64,000 nt of DNA, taken from positions 3,139 to 67,138 of the forward strand of contig CAJTKB010000005.1 in the NCBI GenBank assembly GCA_910576925.1, in the 5' to 3' direction. Below, in pieces: positions 8,244-18,445 of the stretch. The notes below the pieces were generated by a model. It was not told the origin of the DNA, searched no databases, and saw nothing but the letters and a program-made list of their open reading frames with translations. Numbering within the stretch: the first letter of the stretch is position 1; every line of letters starts with the position of its first letter. A program made the position numbers and the translations under genes. Origin of the DNA: an uncultured Bacilli bacterium (lineage in GTDB: Bacteria > Bacillota_I > Bacilli_A > RF39 > UBA660).

Positions 8244-10556
8244 TTAATTATCAAAGAAATCATCAAAAAAGTCATCATCATCATCTTCATCTGATAAATC
8301 AAGATTAACCTTATCTTGAGATGGATGTTCTTCTTTATCAATTATTGCATCTTTTATAACCTTATTATTATCTACCTCTACATTTGAAATACTAGAAGGT
8401 TTAGCTGCAATCTCGCTCTTATTCTTTTCTTCTTCTGCATTTCTTCTTTCTTCTTCCTCAAGTTCAGCAATTTTAGCATCTATTTTCTTAACTAATTCAT
8501 CTACATTTATTCCACCAGGAGAAGATGAAGAAGCACCAAATGGTGTATCTTTACTACCTCCCATATTAGATAGGCTTTGACTAAACATTGGTGGCATATC
8601 AGCATCTTTAATTCCAAATGGATTAGAAATATCAGAAGTTGGTTTAGGTCTATTAGAAAGACCTGGTACCTCAGGAAGATTCATTGGCATATCAGGGGCA
8701 CTAGGAAACTTAGGAAGTCCTGGCATAGATGAAGACATTCCACCCATACCTGGAAATCCTGGCATTCCAAAAGGACTAGGCATACCAGAACCAAGGAATG
8801 GTGAGTCACCCTTTTTATCAGCAGAATTCATCATCTCTTGTAATTGCTTCTTCTTTCTCTCCTTTACAAATTCCTTTAAATCAAATGTACATACAGGAAC
8901 TTTTTCACGATTAGGATAACTTGCTTTAGGATAATTCTCCTTCCAATCAAGTTTATAATCAGGTGTAAAATGAGTCTTAAAAGGATTCATACGTAAACGC
9001 ATTATAATAACATCATTTTCTTTCATATGTTGTAAATCTGATATTGTAACTAAAGGAGTCGAAGCTGTTTTATCATCCTTTTTGGATTTAACTTCTCCAC
9101 ACATTTTACTAATTTCTTCAAGAGCCTTAAGTTCTGTTGTAACAAGATAGATAAGATTACCACAGTTACCGCGTAAAGTCTCAGCATCTTCTTTACCATA
9201 AACACCATCAAGTTGAGCAAAGTTCTGAATAATCATTGTAAATCTAATTTGTCTAGAACGTGCTGCTGTAATCATTGTTGTAACATCTTTTAAAGGTGGC
9301 ATATTGGCAAACTCATCAAGCAAGAAATTTGTTCTAACAGGAAGCTTACCACCATTTTCTTGAGCAACAGAAATCAAAGTTTCATAGATCTGTTTTAATA
9401 GAATTGTAACTAATGAGTGATATGTCTTTTTTTCATCTTGTATAACAATAAATACAGCAGTTGGTTTTTTACCAATACTTTCTAAATCAACATCACTATG
9501 TGATAACATTTCAGATAAATTTTCACGAGAAGCGAATAACTTAATTTTCTGTTTAAAGACAGATAAAATACTTCCCTTAGTATCAGTAGGTGCATTAATT
9601 GTACTAGAAGCATTAATATAAGCTGTACTTGCAGGATCTTTTGCATTAAAGTATTCCTTTATAAAAGTAGTTCCACCAAACTTATCTTCACCAACATTAC
9701 TCATAAGTGAAATACTATTAATATTGATTTCTTCTTCCTTAGCATCTTCAAAAAGTCCTAAAGCAAGTCCCGAAAAATAATCAGCTGACGTTTTCTCCCA
9801 GAAAGGATCAGCATTTTTATTACTAGGATCATACAAAATATTTAAAGCAAGGTCATCTAGTAACTCAATAGCCTTATCCTGATTACCACTTTTATACATT
9901 TTATATGGTAAATCCATTGGATTCCAAGCACTACCATTTTGTGGATCACGAAAGTTTAATAATAAGATTTGATATCCTTTAGCACGTAGCATCTCTGAAG
10001 TTTTTTCATAAATCTCACCTTTAGGATCAGTAATAACCATACTTTCTCTATGTTTAGCAAGTACTTTAACAGTTGGTAATATAACTGATTGAGTTTTTCC
10101 TGAACCAGTAGCACCAATTACTAAAGTATGATTTTCTCCATTATCTACATAAATTTGATCTCCCTTATAAATTAATGGAGTTCCACCAGCATTACTTTTA
10201 TTTGCTTTAACATCGATTACTTCAACCGCTTTACTATTAATAATCTCTTTGTCCTTTGCCCATCTAGAATATCCTTTATCCTTCTTATCAGTAGTTATTC
10301 CTATACCCTTCTCAAATTCAAATATAGTTGATTTTGCTCCCATCAAACAACCACCAAGAGCAAGAATAAAGAAACATATTGTACTACCAATATATCTAGA
10401 TGAAAAGGCAGGAAGAGGATTAGGTCCTGCTAAATAACCATATTGTGCAAAACTAGACAAATTAACTACAGCTACTGCCACAATATATAATAAAAATATT
10501 GAAAATATTAACAACATCAATAAATCTTCTGAATCAATTCTAATCTTTAACTTCAT
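8244..10556 (-). CDS. Type IV secretion coupling protein, VirD4/TraG/TraD family
   Basis: Two N-terminal TMs. Walker A VIGATGSGKTQSVILP, then ...LLDEFANMPPL...RSRQIRFTMIIQNFAQL. The C-terminal 200 aa are P/G/M-rich low complexity ending in the acidic tail DEDDDDDFFDDFFDN. Confidence 0.8.
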   Translation of the reverse strand: MKLKIRIDSEDLLMLLIFSIFLLYIVAVAVVNLSSFAQYGYLAGPNPLPAFSSRYIGSTICFFILALGGCLMGAKSTIFEFEKGIGITTDKKDKGYSRWAKDKEIINSKAVEVIDVKANKSNAGGTPLIYKGDQIYVDNGENHTLVIGATGSGKTQSVILPTVKVLAKHRESMVITDPKGEIYEKTSEMLRAKGYQILLLNFRDPQNGSAWNPMDLPYKMYKSGNQDKAIELLDDLALNILYDPSNKNADPFWEKTSADYFSGLALGLFEDAKEEEININSISLMSNVGEDKFGGTTFIKEYFNAKDPASTAYINASSTINAPTDTKGSILSVFKQKIKLFASRENLSEMLSHSDVDLESIGKKPTAVFIVIQDEKKTYHSLVTILLKQIYETLISVAQENGGKLPVRTNFLLDEFANMPPLKDVTTMITAARSRQIRFTMIIQNFAQLDGVYGKEDAETLRGNCGNLIYLVTTELKALEEISKMCGEVKSKKDDKTASTPLVTISDLQHMKENDVIIMRLRMNPFKTHFTPDYKLDWKENYPKASYPNREKVPVCTFDLKEFVKERKKKQLQEMMNSADKKGDSPFLGSGMPSPFGMPGFPGMGGMSSSMPGLPKFPSAPDMPMNLPEVPGLSNRPKPTSDISNPFGIKDADMPPMFSQSLSNMGGSKDTPFGASSSSPGGINVDELVKKIDAKIAELEEEERRNAEEEKNKSEIAAKPSSISNVEVDNNKVIKDAIIDKEEHPSQDKVNLDLSDEDDDDDFFDDFFDN

Positions 10557-10600
10557 AAGATACCACCCACTTTCAAAAATGTATTATATCATTAAATCTT

Positions 10601-11374
10601 CTAATTAGAAATAATTTCTTTAAATTTCTCGTTTTTATAGCGATATAATATCACATCTTTACCTAAATTACTATAATATGAGCAATTTATCATAAGATAA
10701 TTTTTATTATCTAATTCTAATATATTAGATACATATGGTTTACAAGTATTATCCAAAGAATTATTATCATATACTTTTTCATATATCATACTAATTTCAT
10801 TATTATCAACCAAAAATATAAATCCAAATGCCTTAGTACTATCATCTTCTGAAAAAACATTAGATATTGTATAAATTTGTTCCTCTACAGAATCACGATC
10901 TATATCTATATTAATAACATTGTTAACAGTTAAATTAGTAGTTACAATATCATATTTAGAAAAAACAGCACTAATGTAACTATCAATATTATTAGTATTC
11001 TTATCAAAACTTCTAATATTATATTTTAAGTCACTACTAATTCCTAACTTATTAGAAAAATCTAAATTTGCTTTTTTCTTATTGTTATCCATTAAATTCC
11101 AAACACCACTATAAATTAAATAATACTTTCCAAGTCCTTCACTTTCATCATAAATATCAAACAAATTCCAATTATAATTTGCCCTATTATTAGTCGGAAT
11201 ATTTCTCCATTCTTTATTTTTATATACAAATAAAGCATCATTTCCCACAGCTAAATTAATATAATTATTTACTCCTCTACCCTTATCTTTCTTAAAAAAG
11301 AATACAAAGAAAATAACAATATAAATAACAGCAATAATCAAAATAATATTATAAATTTTTTTATTCTTTTTCAT
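10601..11374 (-). CDS. N-terminally anchored extracytoplasmic protein, possibly a VirB8/TcpC-like T4SS component
   Basis: A single N-terminal TM followed by a 230-aa soluble domain. Its position between the coupling protein and the hydrolase matches the architecture of Gram-positive VirB8-like proteins. There is no motif-level support. Confidence 0.3.
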   Translation of the reverse strand: MKKNKKIYNIILIIAVIYIVIFFVFFFKKDKGRGVNNYINLAVGNDALFVYKNKEWRNIPTNNRANYNWNLFDIYDESEGLGKYYLIYSGVWNLMDNNKKKANLDFSNKLGISSDLKYNIRSFDKNTNNIDSYISAVFSKYDIVTTNLTVNNVINIDIDRDSVEEQIYTISNVFSEDDSTKAFGFIFLVDNNEISMIYEKVYDNNSLDNTCKPYVSNILELDNKNYLMINCSYYSNLGKDVILYRYKNEKFKEIISN

Positions 11375-11383
11375 ATCTTCTCC

Positions 11384-13612
11384 TTAACCAACAGTATAAT
11401 AAAGTATTCTTGAAGTGTTTTTCCATTTATAAACTTTCCACATATCATTAGAATTACTACCATTTGGTGGATCAGGATCCATTATTTTTATAGTATCACC
11501 ATTAACAGATTCAATAGCAACCCAATGCTGACCATCGTCTCCCATAACTTCTGCAATAACAGCATAATTATTATTAACTACTTCTCTAATAGTAGATAAT
11601 TTCTGAGCTTTTGACATACCTCTAAGTTCTATATTATTGCCAAACTTAAATGATGGAACAATTTCTGTAACTTTTCGCCATTGTAGAAATGCTCTATTAT
11701 CAAATCCACCAACTGCACTTAATGAAGTAGCAAAAGTACCTGGATCTAACTCTCCACTTATTGTAGTTTGAGCATTAAATTTTTTTACTAACATAGCAAT
11801 AGAAGTAGACATACAACCCGAACTACCAACAGTCATATTAGTATTACCAAGTTTTATATTAGACCACTTAGGATCTTTTTGACGCCATGTAGTATAATCT
11901 CCTGTAGAAGAAACACAAGAACTAGAACTTGTAATATCCCACTGTTCTAGATTATACTTTCTGATAGTATTTGTAATCTTAGATACATAATTAACATCTG
12001 TAGCATATCCTGCTTCTTTTATACGCTTTATTTGCTCATATGGATCTGTTGCTTGAGCTACTCCATGTCTAACATAGGTTCCTCCACTAACAAGAAGTGC
12101 TGAATGATCAAGTATTGCTTCCTCCACATTTTTAAATTTTTTAAAAGAAGACATAATAGTATATACACTACCACTACTTGTATTCTCTTGAGTAAGTACA
12201 GGTTCTGTACAACTTCCATCCCAAGTTGAAGGTGAAAGAATGTCCTTAGAACATTTAATTCCAAACAAATTATTAGAATCTGCTGTAGGAGTATGCTTAC
12301 CCCACCCAGCTTCGATAATAGCTTGTGCTATAGTAACTGATGCAAAAATACCTGTTTGAGCATATGCCTGATTAGCAATAGGACCAATAATATTAAAAAA
12401 CTCTTCTTGACTAACAGTTTTAAATATACTAGCTTGTGTATCACCATTAATAACACAAACTCCGCCTCCACCTTTACCACCAACAATATTTTTATAATCT
12501 TCAAGATAAGTAAATACTTCATCAGTTGCTTCCGCACATTCTTCTTTATCTAAATATTTAGGAAAAAATCTATTTTCTAAATAATTTCTAGCTGTACTCT
12601 CATTATAATTATATCTACAATTCTTTTCACCGTTTTCATCCTCTTCCTCACATGCTTCATCAAATAAATTATCAGCAATTTCACGAATTAAGGATTTTGT
12701 CATATCAGAAGGTTTAAATTTGTTACTTCTTGATGCCAATATATGATATATTCCTCCAATAACATCAGCAGAAAAATTTTTTCCATTAGATTGATATTCT
12801 TGTTGCACTTCTAATATATTGTTATACATCTCTTCTAATTTCTCGTCCCCACCTGAGGCTCCTGAAACATCTGCTTGATTACCAGCTGAACCAATTCCAA
12901 TAAGTGTCAAAAATCTACTTGCCGCCATTAAAGGGATTGATAATGCAAATATAAAAAAAATAAATGGTATAACAAAAGCAGCTACATAAATAACTATCTT
13001 TTTAGTAAAGAAACTTTTAGTTTTACTTGAAACTTCTTTTTTATTCTCTTTCGAGTCATTATCCTGATTTGTACTAGAAATACCCTCTTTATCATTTTTA
13101 GAGCTTGTCCTATTAACATATATATTTCTAATATTTCTAGCAAAATTATTTTGTAATTGCTCATTCAGTTTATTATCATTTTTTTCTCTTTCTCTATCAG
13201 CATTTGACTTTGAAGGTTGTGCAATATCTGTATTACTATTAAGGTTTCGCTTACCAACATTATCATCTTTTACTTTTGAATTTTTACTAGTTCCTTTATC
13301 AAACAACTTATTTCTATTAGGATTCTTCATTGACAAAGCCCCATTAGCTGCATTTAAAGCCCCTAAATCATCTGCTTTTTTAGCAACTTTTCCAAAAGTA
13401 CCACCAGTAGCAGTATTAAGAGCTTTTCCTGCTTTTTCTTCCGCTTTATCAATTTTTTTACCCGCTATAGGAGCCTTTTTAAGAGAATCATATACTCTTC
13501 CACCTTGGCCTCCTGTTAAATAGTCAATTCCTCCTTTAGCAGCAACGCCTGCAGCCTTTTTTGATGTTTCATCCTCTTTACGTTTTTGACTACTTTTTTC
13601 TTCATTGTTCAT
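11384..13612 (-). CDS. Bifunctional cell-wall hydrolase (GH73 N-acetylglucosaminidase plus C-terminal cysteine peptidase), CwlT/TcpG-like T4SS hydrolase
   Basis: K/N-rich N-terminus, a TM, then AQAIIEAGWGKHTPTADSNNLFGIKC (GH73/FlgJ-type). The C-terminus carries GSSGCMSTSIAML ... DGQHWVAIESVNGD, a papain-like Cys/His peptidase (C39/CHAP-like). Confidence 0.7.
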   Translation of the reverse strand: MNNEEKSSQKRKEDETSKKAAGVAAKGGIDYLTGGQGGRVYDSLKKAPIAGKKIDKAEEKAGKALNTATGGTFGKVAKKADDLGALNAANGALSMKNPNRNKLFDKGTSKNSKVKDDNVGKRNLNSNTDIAQPSKSNADREREKNDNKLNEQLQNNFARNIRNIYVNRTSSKNDKEGISSTNQDNDSKENKKEVSSKTKSFFTKKIVIYVAAFVIPFIFFIFALSIPLMAASRFLTLIGIGSAGNQADVSGASGGDEKLEEMYNNILEVQQEYQSNGKNFSADVIGGIYHILASRSNKFKPSDMTKSLIREIADNLFDEACEEEDENGEKNCRYNYNESTARNYLENRFFPKYLDKEECAEATDEVFTYLEDYKNIVGGKGGGGVCVINGDTQASIFKTVSQEEFFNIIGPIANQAYAQTGIFASVTIAQAIIEAGWGKHTPTADSNNLFGIKCSKDILSPSTWDGSCTEPVLTQENTSSGSVYTIMSSFKKFKNVEEAILDHSALLVSGGTYVRHGVAQATDPYEQIKRIKEAGYATDVNYVSKITNTIRKYNLEQWDITSSSSCVSSTGDYTTWRQKDPKWSNIKLGNTNMTVGSSGCMSTSIAMLVKKFNAQTTISGELDPGTFATSLSAVGGFDNRAFLQWRKVTEIVPSFKFGNNIELRGMSKAQKLSTIREVVNNNYAVIAEVMGDDGQHWVAIESVNGDTIKIMDPDPPNGSNSNDMWKVYKWKNTSRILYYTVG

Positions 13613-13668
13613 ATAATCACCTACTTACATCAATAGGGTCATAATATCCCCCTTAAAAAATATCTATA

Positions 13669-15459
13669 CTATAGTCCTCCACCACTACCAAATGAGTCCA
13701 ACTCATCATTTGTAATAGCAACATTAATTTGCATTCTACGATTTCCACAAACAAATAAAGCTTCTCCTTGTGAATAACGTTTTATAGAGTCCTTTTCACT
13801 ATCATTTAAATCAATAAGTTTAGCTAAATCTTCAACAGCTTGTTTTTTAAGTCCCATAACTAAGTAATAAGAAGCATTATCAAAAATAGCTTTTCCTTGT
13901 GTAATTACAGATGGATCTGAAAAGTCACTTGGTTGCTGTGTAATTATCATACTAGCAGTATTATATTTTCTAGCACGTCTTTGAATTTGGGCTAAAAAGT
14001 CAGCACCTAAGGCATTATTATCACCTAATATTACGTGTGCTTCATCTACCATTAGTATAGTATTAATTGAAGGATTTAAGCACAAACTCCAAGCATATTT
14101 CAAAATATTAAAGAATAAAGCATTACGAACATTACTATCACTATTCATTAATTCTTTTATATTAAATACCATAAAATCACTATCAGCAGCAAGAGTAGTA
14201 TGACCATCGAAGTAGAATTTTAATTCCTTAGTAATAGGCCTAATTTTTAATTCAAGACGCTCTAAAATATCACGCTCTTGTGTCTGCTCAGTAAGAGACA
14301 TTAATCTACCTTTAATAGTTGCATAAACATCAGTAAATGTTGGATAATCTTGCGAAGTAAAGCGAGAAAAATCTGTATTATAATCAATTCCAAATCTTCT
14401 ATAAGTATCTTGTACTATTTCACTAAACATAGTAAGAACATCTTCCTGTACTGAAGGATCATAATATTTAAGAAATGCTTTTAAAGTTTGAAGTGTTCTA
14501 GTAAGAACAGTATACCCAAGTCCTTGACGAATTTCTTCTTCATCAGCATCAATTACTACTTCTAAAGGATTTATTAGTCCAAAACTTCCACCTTTACCAA
14601 TATCAATAGTATCTCCCCCAAAAGTTCTAGTAATATCACGAAGTTCATCTTCAGGATCAATCGCAATAATTTGACAACCATTTCTAATATGAGTACGAAG
14701 AAGAAGTTTAGCAGCTGTACTTTTTCCTGATCCACTTGTACCTAAAATAATCATATTAGCATTATTTCTATTACTTTCTTTTTTAACTTGATATAAAAAC
14801 TGATTAAATAAAACTACTCCTCCAGAAAAATCTACTCCAAGTAAAGTTGAAAGCCCTGGATCTTTTATACTATCAAATATAAATGGATACATCGCCGCAA
14901 TTGTTTGACTTGGCATAGGTGTACCAATTCTTTCTTCAACATCTTGTTTTGGAAATATTGGAAGAATTGATTTTAAAACTTTTTCTTGTTCAAATCTTAA
15001 AGGAATTGCTCTAAGTTCCATTGCATCTAAATAATTTCTTACATTAGTTTTCATAAGTTCAAGTGTTTCTTTAGTATCACTCGTAATCATAATATGCATT
15101 TGAAAATCAAATATCTGAGCCTGACTAGCAGCAAGCATAGATGTAAAATATTGCAAGCTCTCAGCATCTTGTCTTAATCTTTCTTTGGTAGTTAAATCCT
15201 TTTCATCTTTATATCTATCTTCTAAATCAGCTACTTGTTTATTTAACATCTTAGACATTGCATAAAAAGGAACAGGAATATGTTTTACTACGATTTTTAT
15301 TCCTGGCATACTAGTAAGAGTAGATAAATATCCTGGCATAATATATTTAGGATATGATATTACAGTTAAAATTGTGGCATACTTATCACTTATAAAAAAG
15401 TCACTCAAAGAGAAATTTAATCCTTTTGGAGCAAGTTCACTCTTAATACTTATACTCAT
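13669..15459 (-). CDS. VirB4-family T4SS ATPase, C-terminal ATPase part (TcpF/ConE/Orf16-like)
   Basis: Walker A IILGTSGSGKSTAAKLL, then MVDEAHVILGD (Walker B region). About 600 aa. Its start overlaps the stop of the upstream ORF in ATGA. Confidence 0.8.
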   Translation of the reverse strand: MSISIKSELAPKGLNFSLSDFFISDKYATILTVISYPKYIMPGYLSTLTSMPGIKIVVKHIPVPFYAMSKMLNKQVADLEDRYKDEKDLTTKERLRQDAESLQYFTSMLAASQAQIFDFQMHIMITSDTKETLELMKTNVRNYLDAMELRAIPLRFEQEKVLKSILPIFPKQDVEERIGTPMPSQTIAAMYPFIFDSIKDPGLSTLLGVDFSGGVVLFNQFLYQVKKESNRNNANMIILGTSGSGKSTAAKLLLRTHIRNGCQIIAIDPEDELRDITRTFGGDTIDIGKGGSFGLINPLEVVIDADEEEIRQGLGYTVLTRTLQTLKAFLKYYDPSVQEDVLTMFSEIVQDTYRRFGIDYNTDFSRFTSQDYPTFTDVYATIKGRLMSLTEQTQERDILERLELKIRPITKELKFYFDGHTTLAADSDFMVFNIKELMNSDSNVRNALFFNILKYAWSLCLNPSINTILMVDEAHVILGDNNALGADFLAQIQRRARKYNTASMIITQQPSDFSDPSVITQGKAIFDNASYYLVMGLKKQAVEDLAKLIDLNDSEKDSIKRYSQGEALFVCGNRRMQINVAITNDELDSFGSGGGL

Positions 15460-16076
15460 ACAGGTATCACCGTCCCAAAATTAGTATCCATTCCCCCATT
15501 TAAGAAATTATTAATAATTACTCGCAAATCTTCATTACTAGTTTGACTAGCATTAAGCCCACATCCAGCAAGTCCATTTATTAGTAATCTAATCTTTCTT
15601 TGTAATTCATCATCCTTCTTCTCTTTAAATAAGATATAATATTCAGTATCTACTACATTATTATTAATAAAACTATTAGCTTTCTCTATATCTTGAGAAA
15701 TTAGTTTACGAATAGCAGGAGAGGTTGATTTATTATATTGTAATTGCAACTGTGACATATAAACAGATATATCAACAGGTCTATCAGCAACAACAAGCCA
15801 AAATTCAAAATCTATCATATTATAAAAGTTCTTCAAGCTAATCAAAACACTACTTTGCATATCCTGATCAAGTATAAATATATTACGAGGAGTTATTTTA
15901 ACACCAGTAACTTTATATTTATCATCCGTTATAATCATTCCATTTTGTATTGCTCTAATAGGCAACCAATTTTCTGTAAATGGACTTGTATTATTTTTTG
16001 TCTTTTTCATCGCTAATTGCACACCAACCTTTCCATATATATCTTTGTCTATGGGAAAAAAATTCAACTGCCTCAA
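15456..16076 (-). CDS. Probable N-terminal domain of a split VirB4
   Basis: 206 aa ending ...GTVIPV, immediately followed (stop/start overlap GTATGAGT) by the VirB4 ATPase ORF. 206 + 596 aa is about 800 aa, the usual VirB4 size. Confidence 0.45.
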   Translation of the reverse strand: MRQLNFFPIDKDIYGKVGVQLAMKKTKNNTSPFTENWLPIRAIQNGMIITDDKYKVTGVKITPRNIFILDQDMQSSVLISLKNFYNMIDFEFWLVVADRPVDISVYMSQLQLQYNKSTSPAIRKLISQDIEKANSFINNNVVDTEYYILFKEKKDDELQRKIRLLINGLAGCGLNASQTSNEDLRVIINNFLNGGMDTNFGTVIPV

Positions 16077-16308
16077 TAATTATTACCAGCATATTATGAT
16101 AATTTGGCACTGGTATTACCAAACAACAACAAACAATAGCAGGACTTAGGGCAAATACTACTAGCCCTGTAGAAGTAAGTGGCACAAGTAACATAAATAA
16201 TACAGTTAAGCTTACTCCTGAACCTAAAATTATCAAATCGATTGTTCTAAAAAGTCCAAAGATAAGTTCTCCTTTTTTTGTATTAGCAGGTATTAAATAT
16301 TGATTCAT
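15991..16308 (-). CDS. Small two-TM membrane protein, VirB3/ConD/Orf17-like
   Basis: 105 aa with two hydrophobic helices, directly upstream of VirB4 and overlapping its start, as in Tn916 orf17-orf16. Confidence 0.4.
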   Translation of the reverse strand: MNQYLIPANTKKGELIFGLFRTIDLIILGSGVSLTVLFMLLVPLTSTGLVVFALSPAIVCCCLVIPVPNYHNMLVIIIEAVEFFSHRQRYIWKGWCAISDEKDKK

Positions 16309-16337
16309 TATATATCACACCCTTTTTTATTCTATAT

Positions 16338-18425
16338 CTATTTATTATTCTTTTGTTGAGAAAATCTATCATTTTGTTCATTCATAGAATTTCTTCTCTT
16401 AGTAGCAGCAAGTCTAGTCTGCATAGTATCAATAGTCTTATTAACACTATCTCTATCATCAATTTTAGTAACTCCACCGAATTTAGTAGAACCCTTCATC
16501 TCTGCATCACGAATAAGATCCTTTAATACACTATCATCATAATGTCCTGCAACTACTTCTCTTAGATAAAAATCTTCATTATTTTTAAGTAAAAATCCTT
16601 TTTGCATCTCTGCTTGTTGAACAGTAATAGTTTGATTATGCCCAGTATTATCTACAAAGCTAACAACATCACTACCTGCAGCTTTTGCCTGTTCAATTGC
16701 AGCAATAAATGATTTATAATTTGCTCTAATTGCATTACCAGCATCATCAGTTATACCAGTATCTCCATATGTCCAATCTTGTTTAACCATTTCTCCAGAC
16801 ATACGAGATTTAACAGCTTCCAAAGCAGCCTTATGAGCTTCCATACCAGCAATTTCTCTTTTTAGAATTTCGGCCTGTGATTCACCAAATAAATCACGAG
16901 ATAAACTAGAGCCTAATCTACCAAGACCAGTAGAACCAGCATGCCCCATTGCAAGCTGAGTAGCATTTCTTTGATTTATTGCATTAATTGTCGCTCTACT
17001 TTGATGATCTTTAGCACCAGAGGCTGAAACAAGGCCAGTTCCCACACCAGATACTGTACCAGTTGCTGCAGACATTACTGCTCTTATTCCACTAGTACTA
17101 GATCTAAGACTATTAGCAATTCTTCTTCCTACATTTTTAATATGTTGTCCATCATTTTCTTCAATCAATCTCTCAGTTTCAGCATTTCTAGTAGCAGTTG
17201 CTGCTCTACTTGCTTTAAATGAAGCTGCCGCCATACCAGGCATACGCATAGCAATTGATCCAACAGCCATCATCTTACCAATACCACTAAAGAATCCTCC
17301 AGTATATTTCATACCCATAGATTCAACTACAAACTTTGGAAATTCCTTTGCGAAAAAGAATAGAGCTATAATTATGATTACATATGTAAATTTACCAACC
17401 ATACCAGAAGAAACTGATATAATAATTCCATTAGTTACAAATTCATCTAATAAGAATATAATGAAAAATACAACTATAAGTCTTAAGAACAAATCAATAA
17501 ATGTCTTACTAACAGTTTTTCCCCAAGTATTTAATGAATTATTATCATTTTTAAAATCTACACTTCCTATAATTGGTACAGGAGCTATTAATCTTAAAAT
17601 AGCAAGTTTTAAGGCACGTATAGCAACATCTAATGTAAAACCTATCATAATTATTATCATAATTATAGCAGATACAGTTGATAAAATATATGTATAATTA
17701 AATAAATAACCATCATCACAATGTTCTGTTACTAAATTAAGTATTTCAGTTGTATCATTAGTAGTAAGATATGTATTAATATAACTATCATATTTACTAT
17801 CAGAACACATTCTATTATTACCACCAAAATCAGTTGCATTTTCTTTTCCATGGGCCATATTTACAGTTATAAAACTCTTTAACACAACAGCTGCTAAATT
17901 ATTACCCGCATCTTTCATAGACTCATTACTAGCTAAATCAGATCTTACACTTTCACCATTTCCAAGTACAAGTTTGGCAAGAGTATTGTCAGAAAGTATT
18001 CTATTTTGAAGTTCATATAAAGTTCCAAATAATATACCATTATTATTAAGTTGCGCTTCATAACTACCATCAGCAATATCAGTATCTGGAATATTTAAAG
18101 GAACAATCATTATAAGAAGAATTAAAGCTATAATGATTTTAGAAACAAGTTTACCTGCACCACTTTTATTATCTGTTATTTTATCTGGATTTACTATACC
18201 ACTTATTAAAGTAACTGCAAGTCTAAAAACTATAGCAATTCCTAATATTAGTTGTATTCTACTAAACAATACTTTTATTGTTTCTCCACTGATTAAAGAA
18301 GAACTAGCAACATTGAAAAATATTTGATAAATAAAGCTTATTAGAGAATAAACAACTTTATCAATCGCTGCAAAAAGTTCTAAAAATAAACTTCTAAACC
18401 ATGAATATTTAGTACTATCAGACAT
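16338..18425 (-). CDS. VirB6-like polytopic T4SS membrane channel protein (TcpH/ConG/Orf15-like)
   Basis: 695 aa with at least six TMs in the N-terminal two thirds and an A/G/S-rich hydrophilic C-terminal extension. Positioned between VirB3-like and VirB2-like genes. Confidence 0.6.
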   Translation of the reverse strand: MSDSTKYSWFRSLFLELFAAIDKVVYSLISFIYQIFFNVASSSLISGETIKVLFSRIQLILGIAIVFRLAVTLISGIVNPDKITDNKSGAGKLVSKIIIALILLIMIVPLNIPDTDIADGSYEAQLNNNGILFGTLYELQNRILSDNTLAKLVLGNGESVRSDLASNESMKDAGNNLAAVVLKSFITVNMAHGKENATDFGGNNRMCSDSKYDSYINTYLTTNDTTEILNLVTEHCDDGYLFNYTYILSTVSAIIMIIIMIGFTLDVAIRALKLAILRLIAPVPIIGSVDFKNDNNSLNTWGKTVSKTFIDLFLRLIVVFFIIFLLDEFVTNGIIISVSSGMVGKFTYVIIIIALFFFAKEFPKFVVESMGMKYTGGFFSGIGKMMAVGSIAMRMPGMAAASFKASRAATATRNAETERLIEENDGQHIKNVGRRIANSLRSSTSGIRAVMSAATGTVSGVGTGLVSASGAKDHQSRATINAINQRNATQLAMGHAGSTGLGRLGSSLSRDLFGESQAEILKREIAGMEAHKAALEAVKSRMSGEMVKQDWTYGDTGITDDAGNAIRANYKSFIAAIEQAKAAGSDVVSFVDNTGHNQTITVQQAEMQKGFLLKNNEDFYLREVVAGHYDDSVLKDLIRDAEMKGSTKFGGVTKIDDRDSVNKTIDTMQTRLAATKRRNSMNEQNDRFSQQKNNK

Positions 18426-18445
18426 AACCCCACCTCCTTATATAC

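Noticed and set aside
10249-10437. 62-aa plus-strand ORF
   Set aside because: Antisense within the VirD4-like gene.
12058-12553. Three 65-69-aa ORFs, both strands
   Set aside because: Nested in or antisense to the hydrolase gene. Leu/Lys-rich frames typical of AT-rich off-frame translation.
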